A stretch of DNA of 64,000 nucleotides, taken from positions 1 to 64,000 of the IMG/VR virus record IMGVR_UViG_3300035701_009377. The stretch is one strand, 5' to 3'. The position numbers were made by a program, and so were the translations under genes. Below the pieces are notes generated by a model, which saw only the letters and a list, made by a program, of their open reading frames with translations, was not told the DNA's origin and made no database searches. Of the stretch, positions 44,077-54,867 are shown piece after piece (the first letter of the stretch is position 1; each line of letters starts with the position of its first letter). The stretch is from a virus.

Positions 44077-46989
44077 TCAATCTTGCAGGAACGCCGTTCC
44101 TGCGCCGAACACTTCGCCTTCCGAGTCGAACTGGAAGTCGAACTCGTGCTCACCGCTCTCCTGGTCCCAAAAGGCAACGTCCGTGCGGATGCACAGGTAC
44201 TCGTCGCCGAACTTGAAGACATCCGTGAGCGGGCGGGGGCTGTCCAGGTGCTCCGAGTCCGCCACCATCGCCTCGCGGCTCAGGGCCAATTTCTGGTTCT
44301 CGCCATCCTTGACGATCCCCGCGAGGATCGACGACAGGTAGGCTGTCTTCGTCTCATTCGGGTCCGACGTATCGAGCACCTTAGTCTTGTTCAGGTCCAG
44401 GGTGATCTCCGTGGCCGTCGTGGCGTGCGGCGTGATGGCCGGCAGGCCGCGGCGAGGGTACGTCCGTAAGTTCAAGCGCGGGCGCGAGCCGGGCGAGAGG
44501 TTCACGTAAGTGGACGAGTCCACCACCGGCTGGGCCGTAAAGCCGGCGTCCGTAGGCGTCTTGTCGCCGCGGTCGCTCTGCGACGTGAAGACGACGTTCG
44601 GACCACCCACGAAAATGATGTCCCCTTCGGGGATCGTGGACGTATCACCCACGGGCAAGCTCCCCGTTGCGCCCGAACCTATCCCGTCGCCGCCTGCACA
44701 GCCGGCGGCAATCTCGTCGGCTGGCGGCCAAGTCTCATTCTGCGAAAGGGCCGCCGGCCAGAAGAAATGGTATTGCTCCATTGCGCCGGACACGACGGGG
44801 ACCAGACACTCGAAATCGACGCAGTTGTCCGCTGAGTTGTAGTTGGCCTTCTCGACCATCGCCAACACGGGACCATTAGCCACGTAGGGGGTGGCGAAGT
44901 CCAGCGTCACGGCGTCGAAGGTTTCCAGGTTCAGCTTGTTCAGGAACGTCTTCAGCTTGAGCCGCTTCCAAGTGTTCGACTTACGGATCAGCCAGAACGT
45001 CGCGCACTTATATATAATGTCAGGCTGGTTGTAGATGTAGAAGTCGTACTCCTGCTCCTGGGTGCCGTATTTGGCGACATTGTGCCGCAGGATGATGGTC
45101 TTCTCCGCCTTGTCCTTCGCCTGGTCCGAAAGGTCGGCCCAACTCTGCCGCCACTTCACCTTCATCTTGGTCACGATCTCTTCGGTGGCGGTAAGTTCTA
45201 CCTCGATGCCGCCCTCGGCGTCGATGTCGCTCACGGTAATCGGGCCGGCCGGCGTCGGCTCCTCGGGCAGGTATTTCAAGTAGAACAGCCCATTGCTAAT
45301 CCACAGGGCGCAGCGGGCCTGGAAGGCAATCTCTTGCAAGACCTGGATGGTGTTCTTCCGCTCCAAAAGCGGAAAGTTCGCAGGGAACGGCTGGAGCTTC
45401 TCCTGGAGGTGATCGAAGGATGCCTCGTCCCAATCCAGATCGGTGTAGTGGAGAATCAGGTATCTGAGGATTTCCACGATGTCCGGGCCGACGCTCGACT
45501 CGAAGGTGACGTAAAGATCGTCGCTCCAGCCCTGGTCCGTGATGGAAGAAAGTGGCTTGGCGACGACAATCTGCACCGCCGTCACTGAGCCGTAGGTCTG
45601 GGTCGTGACCGTGTACAGGTCGGTCGGCACGTCTACCAGCCGCCGCTCGCCGGTGAGTTGCTTGTAGGCTTTGACCGCCAAGACGGTGCCCGGCACGATG
45701 GAAGCGATGTAGGTAATCGGCTCGTCGCTGGCAACCTTCACCGATGCGCCGGGATCGGCCCAGAAGTGCTGGGCCACCGGCTCGGTGTCCATCTGGTGCG
45801 TGGTGGCCTGGGTGTTCGTCATCACCGCCCCCTCGTCGATGATCTTATTTCCCTTCGGGAACCCATCGCCATAGCCATTGGGGACTTCCGACTCGTAGCG
45901 ATAGTAGCTCCGCTGTGTCGGCTCCAGACAGACCGCCGGCTCCTCGGTCTTCTCCGTATACGCGGAGGCTGCGGTGGCATCGTTTGCCGGATGCTCTCGG
46001 CTTTGGACGTGGAACACGTCGCCCTCGAAGTACCCGGTGAACAGGCCGCCGTTGACGTTGATGGTGATGGTCCGAGCCTGCGGAAAATCCTCGCCGCCGA
46101 GGATGCGGATGGGATTCTCGCCCAGACCCTTGGCGTTGGCCTCGTCGATTTGCTGTTGCCGGCGGGCCAGGGCGCAGGCCCGTTGGCGGTCGCGCCGCGC
46201 CACGGCTTGCAGGATTTGCTGGTTGAGTGAGTCGATCTGCTTTTGGATGTCGGCCGCCTTTTGGGCATCAACCGGCGGATGGGCAAAGGGTGCCCAACAG
46301 TCCTTCACCCTCTTGAGGTGATTGATCTGAACGAGCATCTGCAAAAGGCTGAGCGTGAATTGCGAGTCGTCGGCACCATCCGGCAGCGAGGCCCATAGGT
46401 CCATGCCGCTCAAGACGCCTACGCCGGTAAGCGTCGTGCCCATGACCGCCTTGTTGACTTGCAGCGTGGGACAATTGACCACCGTGCCGAAGATCATCGG
46501 CCATGCCTTTCCCACCATGTCCGCCGGCAGGTAGGGAAACTGCCCTTCCTCGGCCGAAAAGCCGATTTCCTTGTCTTCCAGTTGCGACAGGATCGTGAAC
46601 TTGACAGTGCGGTCCCGCTCGCTCCAAGTGATGGGCGAACTCAGCTTGCCGCTAAAGAGCAGGAACTTGTCGGAAAGTTCGAGGCCGGTGAAATACTGGA
46701 AGACCCGACAGGTCCGCTTGTGAACGTCGTGGCTATCGAGGATGTCCTTGATGCTGCCGTCCGTGTCGTCCAGCGTGACGGCAAGTTCCTGCGAGCCGCT
46801 GTTGCTACTGACGCCCACGACGTTATCCAAGTCGCCGACCTCGACGATCCGTCCTGGAATGTCGCCTACGGTGCGGTCGGCATAGACGGCCGTGCTGCCG
46901 TCCACCCAATCCACCTCGATGATGGTGATGGGTTCATTGCCGTATCGGTTTGCCAGCTTGGCTAGTCCGGCTGCGGATATGCTTCTCAC
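44077..46989 (-). CDS. Tail tip / hub protein
   Basis: ~970 aa; VGKAWPMIFG; last large gene after tape measure. Confidence 0.7.
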   Translation of the reverse strand: MRSISAAGLAKLANRYGNEPITIIEVDWVDGSTAVYADRTVGDIPGRIVEVGDLDNVVGVSSNSGSQELAVTLDDTDGSIKDILDSHDVHKRTCRVFQYFTGLELSDKFLLFSGKLSSPITWSERDRTVKFTILSQLEDKEIGFSAEEGQFPYLPADMVGKAWPMIFGTVVNCPTLQVNKAVMGTTLTGVGVLSGMDLWASLPDGADDSQFTLSLLQMLVQINHLKRVKDCWAPFAHPPVDAQKAADIQKQIDSLNQQILQAVARRDRQRACALARRQQQIDEANAKGLGENPIRILGGEDFPQARTITINVNGGLFTGYFEGDVFHVQSREHPANDATAASAYTEKTEEPAVCLEPTQRSYYRYESEVPNGYGDGFPKGNKIIDEGAVMTNTQATTHQMDTEPVAQHFWADPGASVKVASDEPITYIASIVPGTVLAVKAYKQLTGERRLVDVPTDLYTVTTQTYGSVTAVQIVVAKPLSSITDQGWSDDLYVTFESSVGPDIVEILRYLILHYTDLDWDEASFDHLQEKLQPFPANFPLLERKNTIQVLQEIAFQARCALWISNGLFYLKYLPEEPTPAGPITVSDIDAEGGIEVELTATEEIVTKMKVKWRQSWADLSDQAKDKAEKTIILRHNVAKYGTQEQEYDFYIYNQPDIIYKCATFWLIRKSNTWKRLKLKTFLNKLNLETFDAVTLDFATPYVANGPVLAMVEKANYNSADNCVDFECLVPVVSGAMEQYHFFWPAALSQNETWPPADEIAAGCAGGDGIGSGATGSLPVGDTSTIPEGDIIFVGGPNVVFTSQSDRGDKTPTDAGFTAQPVVDSSTYVNLSPGSRPRLNLRTYPRRGLPAITPHATTATEITLDLNKTKVLDTSDPNETKTAYLSSILAGIVKDGENQKLALSREAMVADSEHLDSPRPLTDVFKFGDEYLCIRTDVAFWDQESGEHEFDFQFDSEGEVFGAGTAFLQD

Positions 46990-47384
46990 TGCTCGACTCC
47001 CTCGAACTCCAAGTCGATCATCTGCGCCTCGCCGACCGGCCACGGGGCAATTGCCGGCCCGGCCTTGTCGGGCGTGTCGAACTCGAACGGGTTATTCGTG
47101 AAATTGCCCACCCACGTCCGGCCGTTGTGGTCGGTGACCTTCACCGGCGAGGCGAAGTAGGCGAAAAGAAAAGCCCGCAATTCAAGGCCCTTGTTGCGCA
47201 TCAGCCGGAAGGTCCACTTCAGCTTCCGGCGATCGCCCTTCCGCTTGACGTAGGTGTAGCGAGTACCATCCATCGCCGTCTTGCGCGCCACGGTCGCCGT
47301 TAGACCCTCCTGGTCGCTAAACTGCGGGTTGGGCAGCAGCGTCGTGGTCTGCAACATCGGGTAGGGGGCTTGCAGCGTGAACAT
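46986..47384 (-). CDS. Minor (distal) tail protein
   Basis: Position; resembles C-terminal domain of 47415-48851. Confidence 0.6.
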   Translation of the reverse strand: MFTLQAPYPMLQTTTLLPNPQFSDQEGLTATVARKTAMDGTRYTYVKRKGDRRKLKWTFRLMRNKGLELRAFLFAYFASPVKVTDHNGRTWVGNFTNNPFEFDTPDKAGPAIAPWPVGEAQMIDLEFEGVEQ

Positions 47385-47414
47385 GGTCTCTCCTTGCCAA
47401 GCATTAAGTCGGCA

Positions 47415-48851
47415 CTATGCTGGAACCAACTCGCCCTCGAACTCCATGCTTGCCGAGAAACTGTCGCGGGCATCCTGGACGACCGGATCGGTCGGCGTCA
47501 TAATCACGCCCTTCCAGTGCCGCCCTTCCCAGTCCAGCAGTCCGATTTCCTGACCAAGGTGAGCGTCTAGGAAGGCGAGCAACTGCTGCTTCTGGGCGTT
47601 ATGCAGACCAGAGAACGTAAGCACGAGGGTCTGAACCTTCGGCCAGATCGGATCAGCAAAGACGATTAGCGTGCCGCCCCGCGTCTCTCGCACGATCCGG
47701 TTGAAGCTGAGCCGATCCTTGTTGCCGAGGTTCGGCGCGCGCAACGTCACCGAATCGCTGACAAGCCCTTCCGCCGGATAGTAAAGCTGGAAGGGGATGT
47801 CCGTCTGCTCCGGCAGCCCGACCGTCACTGAGGGAGGCGTCGGCGATCCCGCTGCCCCTTCCCCGACGAACGGATGGTACTGCTGCAAGACGCCGCCGAA
47901 GACGATGCTGAAGGTGGCCGACTGGCCCAGGCTCAAAGCCGAGGCCGCGCCGCGCGGCCTGGTCTTCACCGCCGATGCCTGATCCGCCAACGCCAAGACC
48001 GACTTAACGAGCTTGCACGTATCAACAGCGGCAGCCTGACCCAACACCAGCCAGTTCCCGGCTGCCCCGGTCTGGTTCGTGCGAACCTCGCTCAGTAGCT
48101 CCAACACGCTTTCGGCAGACAGCTCGATGGCACCCGGCCTGACGCGCACGGCCGAGGCCGACTGCTCCAGGGCAATGACCTGGCTGGCCAACGCTTCCAG
48201 CGGCCGGGCCACGTCCGCCGCATCCCGCAGGCCCTCGTACACCGGGTAGAAGGTATCCGTCGCCTGATCGTACTCTTCCCTGGCGGTCTGGATCACGGAC
48301 TCGGCCGAGACGTACCAGGGCCGGGCAACCGGGGCCGCCTGCGACAAGGCCAGGACGTTCTCGGCCGCAAGCGACCGCACGACCACCACGCCGGCCGTAT
48401 CGGACAAGGTAAGGAAGTCTGCGGCGATAGCCGACTTGACGCAACCAGCCGCCACGGCCAGATCGAGCGCGCTGCTGGCAGCCACCAGCCGCACCATTGA
48501 ACAACTTGCCGTCGTAGCCAAGTCAAGCGACGATTCAGCCTCGAAACCTTCCGAACTCCGGGCTGTTTGAGACAACTCAAGGATGCTCTCGGCCGCCACA
48601 TTCAGTACGGTTGTGACGGCAGCCGTCGCATCCGGGTTGATCGCGGACTCAGCCGCCAACCCAAGCGCCTTCGCAACGCCGGCCGTCGCCGCCAGGTCGA
48701 GCGTGGTCAAAGCGGAGAATGCGCGGGTTCCCACGAAGGTTGCCGCATCCGACAGCGATAGAGTGCTGTCTGCACTGACCGTGTACACCACAGACAGCGG
48801 CGTAGTCGAGACGAGCGCCTCTAGGAACTGTCGAGTCGTGCGCAGCGCCAT
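47415..48851 (-). CDS. Tail protein with Ala/Ser-rich ~21-aa repeats
   Basis: Repeated A(E)S.L.L...A units; C-terminal distal-tail-like domain. Confidence 0.6.
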   Translation of the reverse strand: MALRTTRQFLEALVSTTPLSVVYTVSADSTLSLSDAATFVGTRAFSALTTLDLAATAGVAKALGLAAESAINPDATAAVTTVLNVAAESILELSQTARSSEGFEAESSLDLATTASCSMVRLVAASSALDLAVAAGCVKSAIAADFLTLSDTAGVVVVRSLAAENVLALSQAAPVARPWYVSAESVIQTAREEYDQATDTFYPVYEGLRDAADVARPLEALASQVIALEQSASAVRVRPGAIELSAESVLELLSEVRTNQTGAAGNWLVLGQAAAVDTCKLVKSVLALADQASAVKTRPRGAASALSLGQSATFSIVFGGVLQQYHPFVGEGAAGSPTPPSVTVGLPEQTDIPFQLYYPAEGLVSDSVTLRAPNLGNKDRLSFNRIVRETRGGTLIVFADPIWPKVQTLVLTFSGLHNAQKQQLLAFLDAHLGQEIGLLDWEGRHWKGVIMTPTDPVVQDARDSFSASMEFEGELVPA

Positions 48852-48853
48852 CG

Positions 48854-49909
48854 CTAGCCCACCTTTATTCCGAACTGTGCGGCGTTCAGGTTCGCCAGGG
48901 TCCAACCCGCGCCCGTATGCGGGTCTGTTTCCAGGACGCGCGTGAAGGTCACGAAACTTGTCGAAGTGACCGTCTGGGCGGTATCATCGGTCTCTGTGGC
49001 ACCCGACTTGCAGGGCATTTTCAGCGAGGAACTACCGGAAGTCATCCGCGCGTCGGTGTTGACCATCACGCCGAAGATTGCACCCGTAGCGGACAGAGCA
49101 CCGTGGCCCCACAACTCCTTCTGTGCGCTGGTCGTGCTCTCCAGATGGTCGGTGTCATCGTTAGCTGGATTCTCGTCCACCAGGGCGTAGTGGTTGCTGC
49201 CCGCGCTGACCGTCCAATCATTTGGGCTGGCATCCGATGTCGGAAACGCCGCGATTACCTTGCAATCACCCAGGAAATTGTTGTGAAGCGAGCCTGAGTT
49301 ATCACACACGTACAGGTCGTCGAAGAAAGGCGGATATTCGCCCGTTGCGGAGAAGGACCAACCAACCTGGTTGTTGTAGGAACCGGCCCCTCCGATCCTG
49401 GTGTCCACGCCGGTCAGGCTGAGGACCGTAGTGCCACCCACGCGAACTTCGATCGTCCCCGCCGAGGCGTACTTTACTTTCAGTTCGATGTAGGACCAGG
49501 CCGCACTGGTGACGTTCGCTCCCGTGCTGGTTCCCAGTAACGAACCTGCCGCGCTGTAGGCCGTGATTTCGTTCGAGGAGGGCAGGTGATTGATGTAGAC
49601 TCCCGCCCCGCTCGGACCAGACAACCGTAGGAGCCTGATTTCAGCGGAGTTGCTGGCGTGCGGCTTGAAGCCGACACCGACAATCAGCGTGTCGGCTGTC
49701 GTGGGCAACACAGGCGTGCGTAAGGCGGAAGCGGTATTGTAGGTGCCCTGCACCGAATAGCCTGAGAGCCGACCGGCCCGTAGGTAGAGGGCAGAGAAGC
49801 CGCCGAAGAGATTGGCGTATTTTCGTGCCAGCACGTCTCCCGAACTAGCCAGGAGGCTGTCCACTGACGTGCCGAAGCCCTCAAAGCCTTCGATCCATAG
49901 CAGTGCCAT
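48854..49909 (-). CDS. Tail-associated beta-sandwich (lectin-like) protein
   Basis: MALLWIEGFE, W.YIELK, DDLYV. Confidence 0.6.
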   Translation of the reverse strand: MALLWIEGFEGFGTSVDSLLASSGDVLARKYANLFGGFSALYLRAGRLSGYSVQGTYNTASALRTPVLPTTADTLIVGVGFKPHASNSAEIRLLRLSGPSGAGVYINHLPSSNEITAYSAAGSLLGTSTGANVTSAAWSYIELKVKYASAGTIEVRVGGTTVLSLTGVDTRIGGAGSYNNQVGWSFSATGEYPPFFDDLYVCDNSGSLHNNFLGDCKVIAAFPTSDASPNDWTVSAGSNHYALVDENPANDDTDHLESTTSAQKELWGHGALSATGAIFGVMVNTDARMTSGSSSLKMPCKSGATETDDTAQTVTSTSFVTFTRVLETDPHTGAGWTLANLNAAQFGIKVG

Positions 49910-49921
49910 TGTCGCCACCCC

Positions 49922-49964
49922 AAAAAGCAGGCCGAGCGGGGCTTCTTGCGAAGGCCCCGCCCGA
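49922..49964 (-). terminator. Hairpin/terminator
   Basis: GGGCGGGGC...GCCCCGCTCG then CTGCTTTTT. Confidence 0.45.
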
Positions 49965-49983
49965 CCCACGGCGAGGGAGTCCG

Positions 49984-50589
49984 TTACGCGCTGACGCTGT
50001 ACGTGACCTTCAACTGGTCCAGGTTGTTCACGGGCACGTCGCCGGTGCCGAAAAAGGCAGTGGCCCAGAGGATGCCGCTGGCCTCATGGTTGCCCTTGTT
50101 CTGGGCGTTGGCGATGCCCCCGACCAGGAACAGGCCCTTGACCGTCGCACTGCCGGTGATGTTGAAGACCACCGGGCTGGCATTGCTGATGGACTGGCTG
50201 GCCGCCGCGCCCTCCGTCCACTCGGGGCGGGTGCTGGCGCTGTCGCCGTTGGCGGCGTCGGTGTAGTTGGTGAACTCGGCCCACTGGTTACCGGCCTGAC
50301 CGATATTCTGGTAGGTGTCGGTGGCCGCCAACGCGGTGTAGCCCGCGTTGTCGATCATCCCTAGCCACCAGGTCGTGATGGCCGAGACGCCGTGGAACAT
50401 CACGTCCAGCAGTTTGTTCTTGCCCTGGTTGGTAATGCCGTTGGGGAACTCGTACTGGCCGATCTTCACGCCGTTGCGGAAGTGCTCGACCACGAATTTC
50501 CCCCGCAGTCCCAACTGGTCTTCAGCCTTGCGGGCGCGGACTACGCTGCAACCCGCGTTCTGGGCCATTTTCATCTGGCTGACACTCAT
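49984..50589 (-). CDS. Minor tail / virion structural protein
   Basis: NGITNQGKN..LD, DQLKVTY; immediately after tape measure. Confidence 0.6.
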   Translation of the reverse strand: MSVSQMKMAQNAGCSVVRARKAEDQLGLRGKFVVEHFRNGVKIGQYEFPNGITNQGKNKLLDVMFHGVSAITTWWLGMIDNAGYTALAATDTYQNIGQAGNQWAEFTNYTDAANGDSASTRPEWTEGAAASQSISNASPVVFNITGSATVKGLFLVGGIANAQNKGNHEASGILWATAFFGTGDVPVNNLDQLKVTYSVSA

Positions 50590-50616
50590 GGTTGTTCCTC
50601 TCTTGACAAAAAGGGG

Positions 50617-53600
50617 TTACAGGGTTGCCGTGCCACGCCGCAGTTCGCGCCGTAACTCGGCGGCGATGGACCTAGCCGTCTGGCGGCTGCTTCCGCCGCC
50701 GCTTACTGTCACGTTGATGTCACCGATGTTGGTGACGCTCCCGCCTTCGCTGCGGTAAACCGGCTGCACGCCGGCATTGATGGCGGTCAGTTGCGCGGCG
50801 AACCGCCGCGCCGAAGCGGCGTTGATGACCACCTCGCCCGGCGAGAGCATCGCCGGGATCACGTCCGTGCCCTGCGGCCTGCCGCCGGCCGCCAGGAAGT
50901 TCCATGCCTTGCCGCCGTGCGCAGCCGTCATTTCGCCCGCCGGCGCTTGGATGTTCCATGAGGCCGTGGCCGCACTCCACATGGCGTCGGCGATGGCCTG
51001 GGTCTGGCGGACCAGGTTGCTCATGTCAATCTGCGAGACTTTCCCCAGGGCATCGTTTGCACCTTTGGCCTCTTCTTTCGCCTCGCCAACACTCTCCTTC
51101 GCCTTCTTGGCCGCCTCTTCGGCCGCCTTCAAGGCGTTCTCGGCGTCGGGGCGGAGCCACATTGCCTTTTCGACCGGCTCCCGCATGGCTTCCATGCCTT
51201 TCACTTGACGCTCCACGTCCTGGGCCTGGTTGACGACCGCAGAGGCGGCGGCAATGAACTGGTAGATGGCCTCCGTGCTCTTGGCGCTCGGCTTGAGGAT
51301 GCTCTTGTAAAGCTCGTAGGCTTCCTCAAGTTTCTTCAAGCTCTCTGCCGAGACCGGCGTATTGGCCTCGGTGAAGGGGGCCATCGCGCGCACGAGTTCG
51401 GTGCGGGCCTGCTTCACCAGCGGGCTGTTCTCGACATGCCCCGTGAACCGCTCCCATATCCCGCCCAGGCTACGAACGTCGGCGATCCAGCCCACACTCA
51501 CCCAGCGGTCGGCCGCCGCAAGGGCCGCCACACGCTGCTGTTCCAGGACGCCTTGGGCCTTCTTGATCGAATCGCCCAGTTCCTCGTACTTGTTGATGGC
51601 TCGGGTCGCCTCCTGCGACCGCTGCTCGATGTGGGCCATTGCCTCGCTGGCGGTCATCCCCTCCGTCTCCTTCCAGAGTTGGAGGTTGGCCGTCCGCGCG
51701 AACTCGATCATCAGGCGCACGGGACCGACGCCCTTTTCGATGTCCGCGCGGAACTTGGCGAAGGTCTCGGGGGCCGAGAAGAGCTGTTTGACCTCCGCCT
51801 GCGAGACGCCGCCCTCCAAGGCCAGCGTGACGCGGCGCTGAAGCTGGTCGAAGGCCAAAAGGTCGGCCACATCGACCTTCTTGCCACCCATCCACAAGTC
51901 CTTGAACTTGGCGATGTTCTCATTGAGCCGCGCCTGCTGTTCCTCCAACGCCTTGGGCGACTTCTCCCCATTCTTGTCGAAGGCTTGCAGGTCGGTGAGG
52001 ATGGCCTTCATCAGGGCCTTCATCTCGTCGAGCCGCTTCTGCTCCTTGGCGGCCTCGTCCGCCAGGCGTTGCGCGCGGGCGGTTTGCAATTCCTCCAACT
52101 TCTTCTCGGCGTTGATCCGCGCTTCCAAGTTGGCGCGAATGCTGCGGTGTGCCTGCTCTTGCAGCCAGGTCTCGCCGGTCTCCTTGGCCAGCGCCGTTCC
52201 CTCGTCAAGGAACGTCTTGGCCCGCTGCTGGACCGCCTGCGCCCGGCGTATGTCGTCTTCGGTCTGCGCCTTGGCGATCATCTGGTTCGCCTGGGCCTCC
52301 AAGCCCCAACTCCGTTCAAGGATGAGCCTCGCCTTGTAGCTGTCCGAGAACTTCACGTCCTCGTCGGTCCACTTCTTGAACATCAGGTCGGAATACTCCG
52401 CCTCCAAGCCGACCCGTCGAGTTTGGGACTCCTGTACGATCCGCATGGCGGCGTTGGCGGCATTGCGATATGCCGCCACGACGCGCTCCTGCGAAGTGAC
52501 CATCGACTGCATGGCCTGCCGGTCGCTCTCGATGATCTCCTTGTTCTTGTCCCTGAGGTCGTCCAGGGCCTTGAAGTATTCCTTACGAATCTTCGAGGCG
52601 CGATCCGCCCAACTGCGGTCCTCTTCCGCCCGCTTCTTTTCCTCTACCTCGCGGAGCACGCGCAGTTCCTCCTCCTTGTTCTTGGCGTACTCGATGACCG
52701 CCTGGCGCTGCTCTTGGGCAAGCTGGCGGGTCTCATTGATCGACTTGGCCGTGAGAAAGCTGCTGGTGCCGAAATAGCCGGAGACTAGCGCCGTGAGGCC
52801 GAGCAGAGTCCAGCCAATCGGGCCAAGGGAGACCTGCGCCGCCATTGCAGCGACACCAAGGACGCCCAAGGCACCGGCGGCCGGAAGGGCAGCCATAGCA
52901 ATCGCCTGGATGCCAGCCGAAAGATCGTTGGCACCGCCAACCATCTGCATCATCGACGCCAGTACATGGGTGAGGGCACCGCCAAAGTCCTGCGTCAAGT
53001 TGATCTTGAGCGCGTTGATCTGGGTGGTCAGTTTCTCCGCGTCCGTGGACTTGAACTGCTCGTAGACCTTGCCGAGCGCCTCGGGGGTCGAAGCCTGCAT
53101 CGCCTTCATGGCCTCTTCGACCTGCTTGGCCCCTTCGCCGGTCAAGCGCAATTCGGCCGTCAAGGCGCGGACGTTGCGGAACGACTTGGCGATCTCCGAG
53201 GCCATGTGGTCCGAGGCACCCGCGACCGCTTCCAGGGCACCCTGGAATCCCTTGGCCTGGATCAGTTGTTCCGCCGAGGTGAAGCCCAACTCACGGAGAA
53301 CCTTCTGCATGTCCTCGGAAGGCTTCAAGAAGGCGGTCATGGCCCCGCGCAGGGCCGTCACCGACTTGTGGGCGTCCATGCCGCCGATGGTCATGGCGAC
53401 CATCGCGGAGTTGACTTCATCCAAGCTGATGCCCAATTCAGCGGCGATGGGAAGCACCTGCCCCAAGGTGTCCGCCAATTCCTTGCCGCGGACGCGGCCC
53501 AGCCGGATTGTGGTGAAGAACTTCGAGGCGATGGAGTCGGTCTGATCGCTCGTCGTTCCGTAGGCGTTCAAGGTGCCGGTAATCAGCATGATGGCCTGGT

Positions 53601-54363
53601 CGAAGTCCATCACGCCGACCTTCGCCAGCTTCATTGCGCCTTGCATCACGTTGGCGCGATCGGACATCCCCGTGAACTGATTGGAGATCGTCTGGTACAG
53701 GCCCTCGGTGGCCTGCGCCAAAGGAATGTTGAATTGTCTGGCAAAATCCGCCGCCTCGTTGGTTAGCTGCCCGAAGCTGCCGCCAAGCTTCGGCGCGATG
53801 GTCTGGACCTCGGCGATCCGCCGCTGGAACTCGATGGACTCCGTGACCGCATCGCTCAAGGCATTGCGAATCTGACTTAGGGCACGGACGATGGCCTGCG
53901 TCATCACGATGCGGCCCAAGGTCTGCCAACTCACCACCCACGACTGGTGGGAGTCGTGCGCGCTCTTGGTAGCCTTGTCCGCCTTGTCCACGGCGTCGGC
54001 AACTTGATTCGCCCCGTTCACCGCCTGGGAATAGTCGGGCGGAAGCCACAGCTTCGGCGTGCCTTGCAGGGAAGAGGCCGGCAGGGAGCCGTTCGGGCCG
54101 GCAACCGTGGAAGGTGGCGGAGAAAGGGCCTTGGCGTATTGCTCGTTCAGGCGGCGCATCGCCGAGGCCGCCTTGCTGGCGTTGTCGGCAATCGTGCTCA
54201 GCACGCTCACCGGCCCCTTGGCGTTGGCGTTCCACGAACCCAGCGAGGCCGCGAACTGCTGGAACGCATCTTGCGTCCCGGCCAGCGCGGTATCAAGCCG
54301 ACGAAGCGCATTGAGCGCGTCATCGACGTTGAAACCGAGTTTGCTGAGAACTTCGTCCGCCAT
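50617..54363 (-). CDS. Tape measure protein (TP901-like core)
   Basis: 1248 aa, Ala-rich helical; GTDVIPAMLSPGEVVIN. Confidence 0.92.
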   Translation of the reverse strand: MADEVLSKLGFNVDDALNALRRLDTALAGTQDAFQQFAASLGSWNANAKGPVSVLSTIADNASKAASAMRRLNEQYAKALSPPPSTVAGPNGSLPASSLQGTPKLWLPPDYSQAVNGANQVADAVDKADKATKSAHDSHQSWVVSWQTLGRIVMTQAIVRALSQIRNALSDAVTESIEFQRRIAEVQTIAPKLGGSFGQLTNEAADFARQFNIPLAQATEGLYQTISNQFTGMSDRANVMQGAMKLAKVGVMDFDQAIMLITGTLNAYGTTSDQTDSIASKFFTTIRLGRVRGKELADTLGQVLPIAAELGISLDEVNSAMVAMTIGGMDAHKSVTALRGAMTAFLKPSEDMQKVLRELGFTSAEQLIQAKGFQGALEAVAGASDHMASEIAKSFRNVRALTAELRLTGEGAKQVEEAMKAMQASTPEALGKVYEQFKSTDAEKLTTQINALKINLTQDFGGALTHVLASMMQMVGGANDLSAGIQAIAMAALPAAGALGVLGVAAMAAQVSLGPIGWTLLGLTALVSGYFGTSSFLTAKSINETRQLAQEQRQAVIEYAKNKEEELRVLREVEEKKRAEEDRSWADRASKIRKEYFKALDDLRDKNKEIIESDRQAMQSMVTSQERVVAAYRNAANAAMRIVQESQTRRVGLEAEYSDLMFKKWTDEDVKFSDSYKARLILERSWGLEAQANQMIAKAQTEDDIRRAQAVQQRAKTFLDEGTALAKETGETWLQEQAHRSIRANLEARINAEKKLEELQTARAQRLADEAAKEQKRLDEMKALMKAILTDLQAFDKNGEKSPKALEEQQARLNENIAKFKDLWMGGKKVDVADLLAFDQLQRRVTLALEGGVSQAEVKQLFSAPETFAKFRADIEKGVGPVRLMIEFARTANLQLWKETEGMTASEAMAHIEQRSQEATRAINKYEELGDSIKKAQGVLEQQRVAALAAADRWVSVGWIADVRSLGGIWERFTGHVENSPLVKQARTELVRAMAPFTEANTPVSAESLKKLEEAYELYKSILKPSAKSTEAIYQFIAAASAVVNQAQDVERQVKGMEAMREPVEKAMWLRPDAENALKAAEEAAKKAKESVGEAKEEAKGANDALGKVSQIDMSNLVRQTQAIADAMWSAATASWNIQAPAGEMTAAHGGKAWNFLAAGGRPQGTDVIPAMLSPGEVVINAASARRFAAQLTAINAGVQPVYRSEGGSVTNIGDINVTVSGGGSSRQTARSIAAELRRELRRGTATL

Positions 54364-54366
54364 CGC

Positions 54367-54867
54367 TTACACCTTGATTCGCGTAGACGTAACGTAGGGG
54401 GCCACGGCCGGCGGCTCGACCGTCTGCGCGAAACGCTTGAATGCCTCGTAACCCTTCACCTGGAAGTTGTAGGGACCGGGCTTGAGAAGTTTGCCAAGAA
54501 GTCCTGGGTCGGGATCGACATTCGCATTGTGGTACTCGTTCCACACCAGCCACGGGAGCCAAGTGCGGTACTCGAAGGCATAGCGGCCCTTCTCCTCGTC
54601 GATCTCCAAAGGGCCGGCGGCGGACGCGATCCCAACACCCCGCCGGTCAATCACCTTGGGTGAAATGGGAATGTTGAATGCGATGCGGCTGGCCAGCGGG
54701 ATGAACGTCGCCCGTGACGCGCCGCTCCACACCGGAATCTCCTCAAGCACCGCCGCCAGCCACGTCACGATGGCCTGCGCCAACGCCTCCTGCATGTGCG
54801 CGTGCAAGGCTTTGCGGTATCCCGCAAGGTCCAACGTCGGCGCGGCCAACGATGCGGTGAACTTCAT
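54367..54867 (-). CDS. HK97 gp10-like tail completion protein
   Basis: PVWSGASRA motif; position. Confidence 0.55.
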   Translation of the reverse strand: MKFTASLAAPTLDLAGYRKALHAHMQEALAQAIVTWLAAVLEEIPVWSGASRATFIPLASRIAFNIPISPKVIDRRGVGIASAAGPLEIDEEKGRYAFEYRTWLPWLVWNEYHNANVDPDPGLLGKLLKPGPYNFQVKGYEAFKRFAQTVEPPAVAPYVTSTRIKV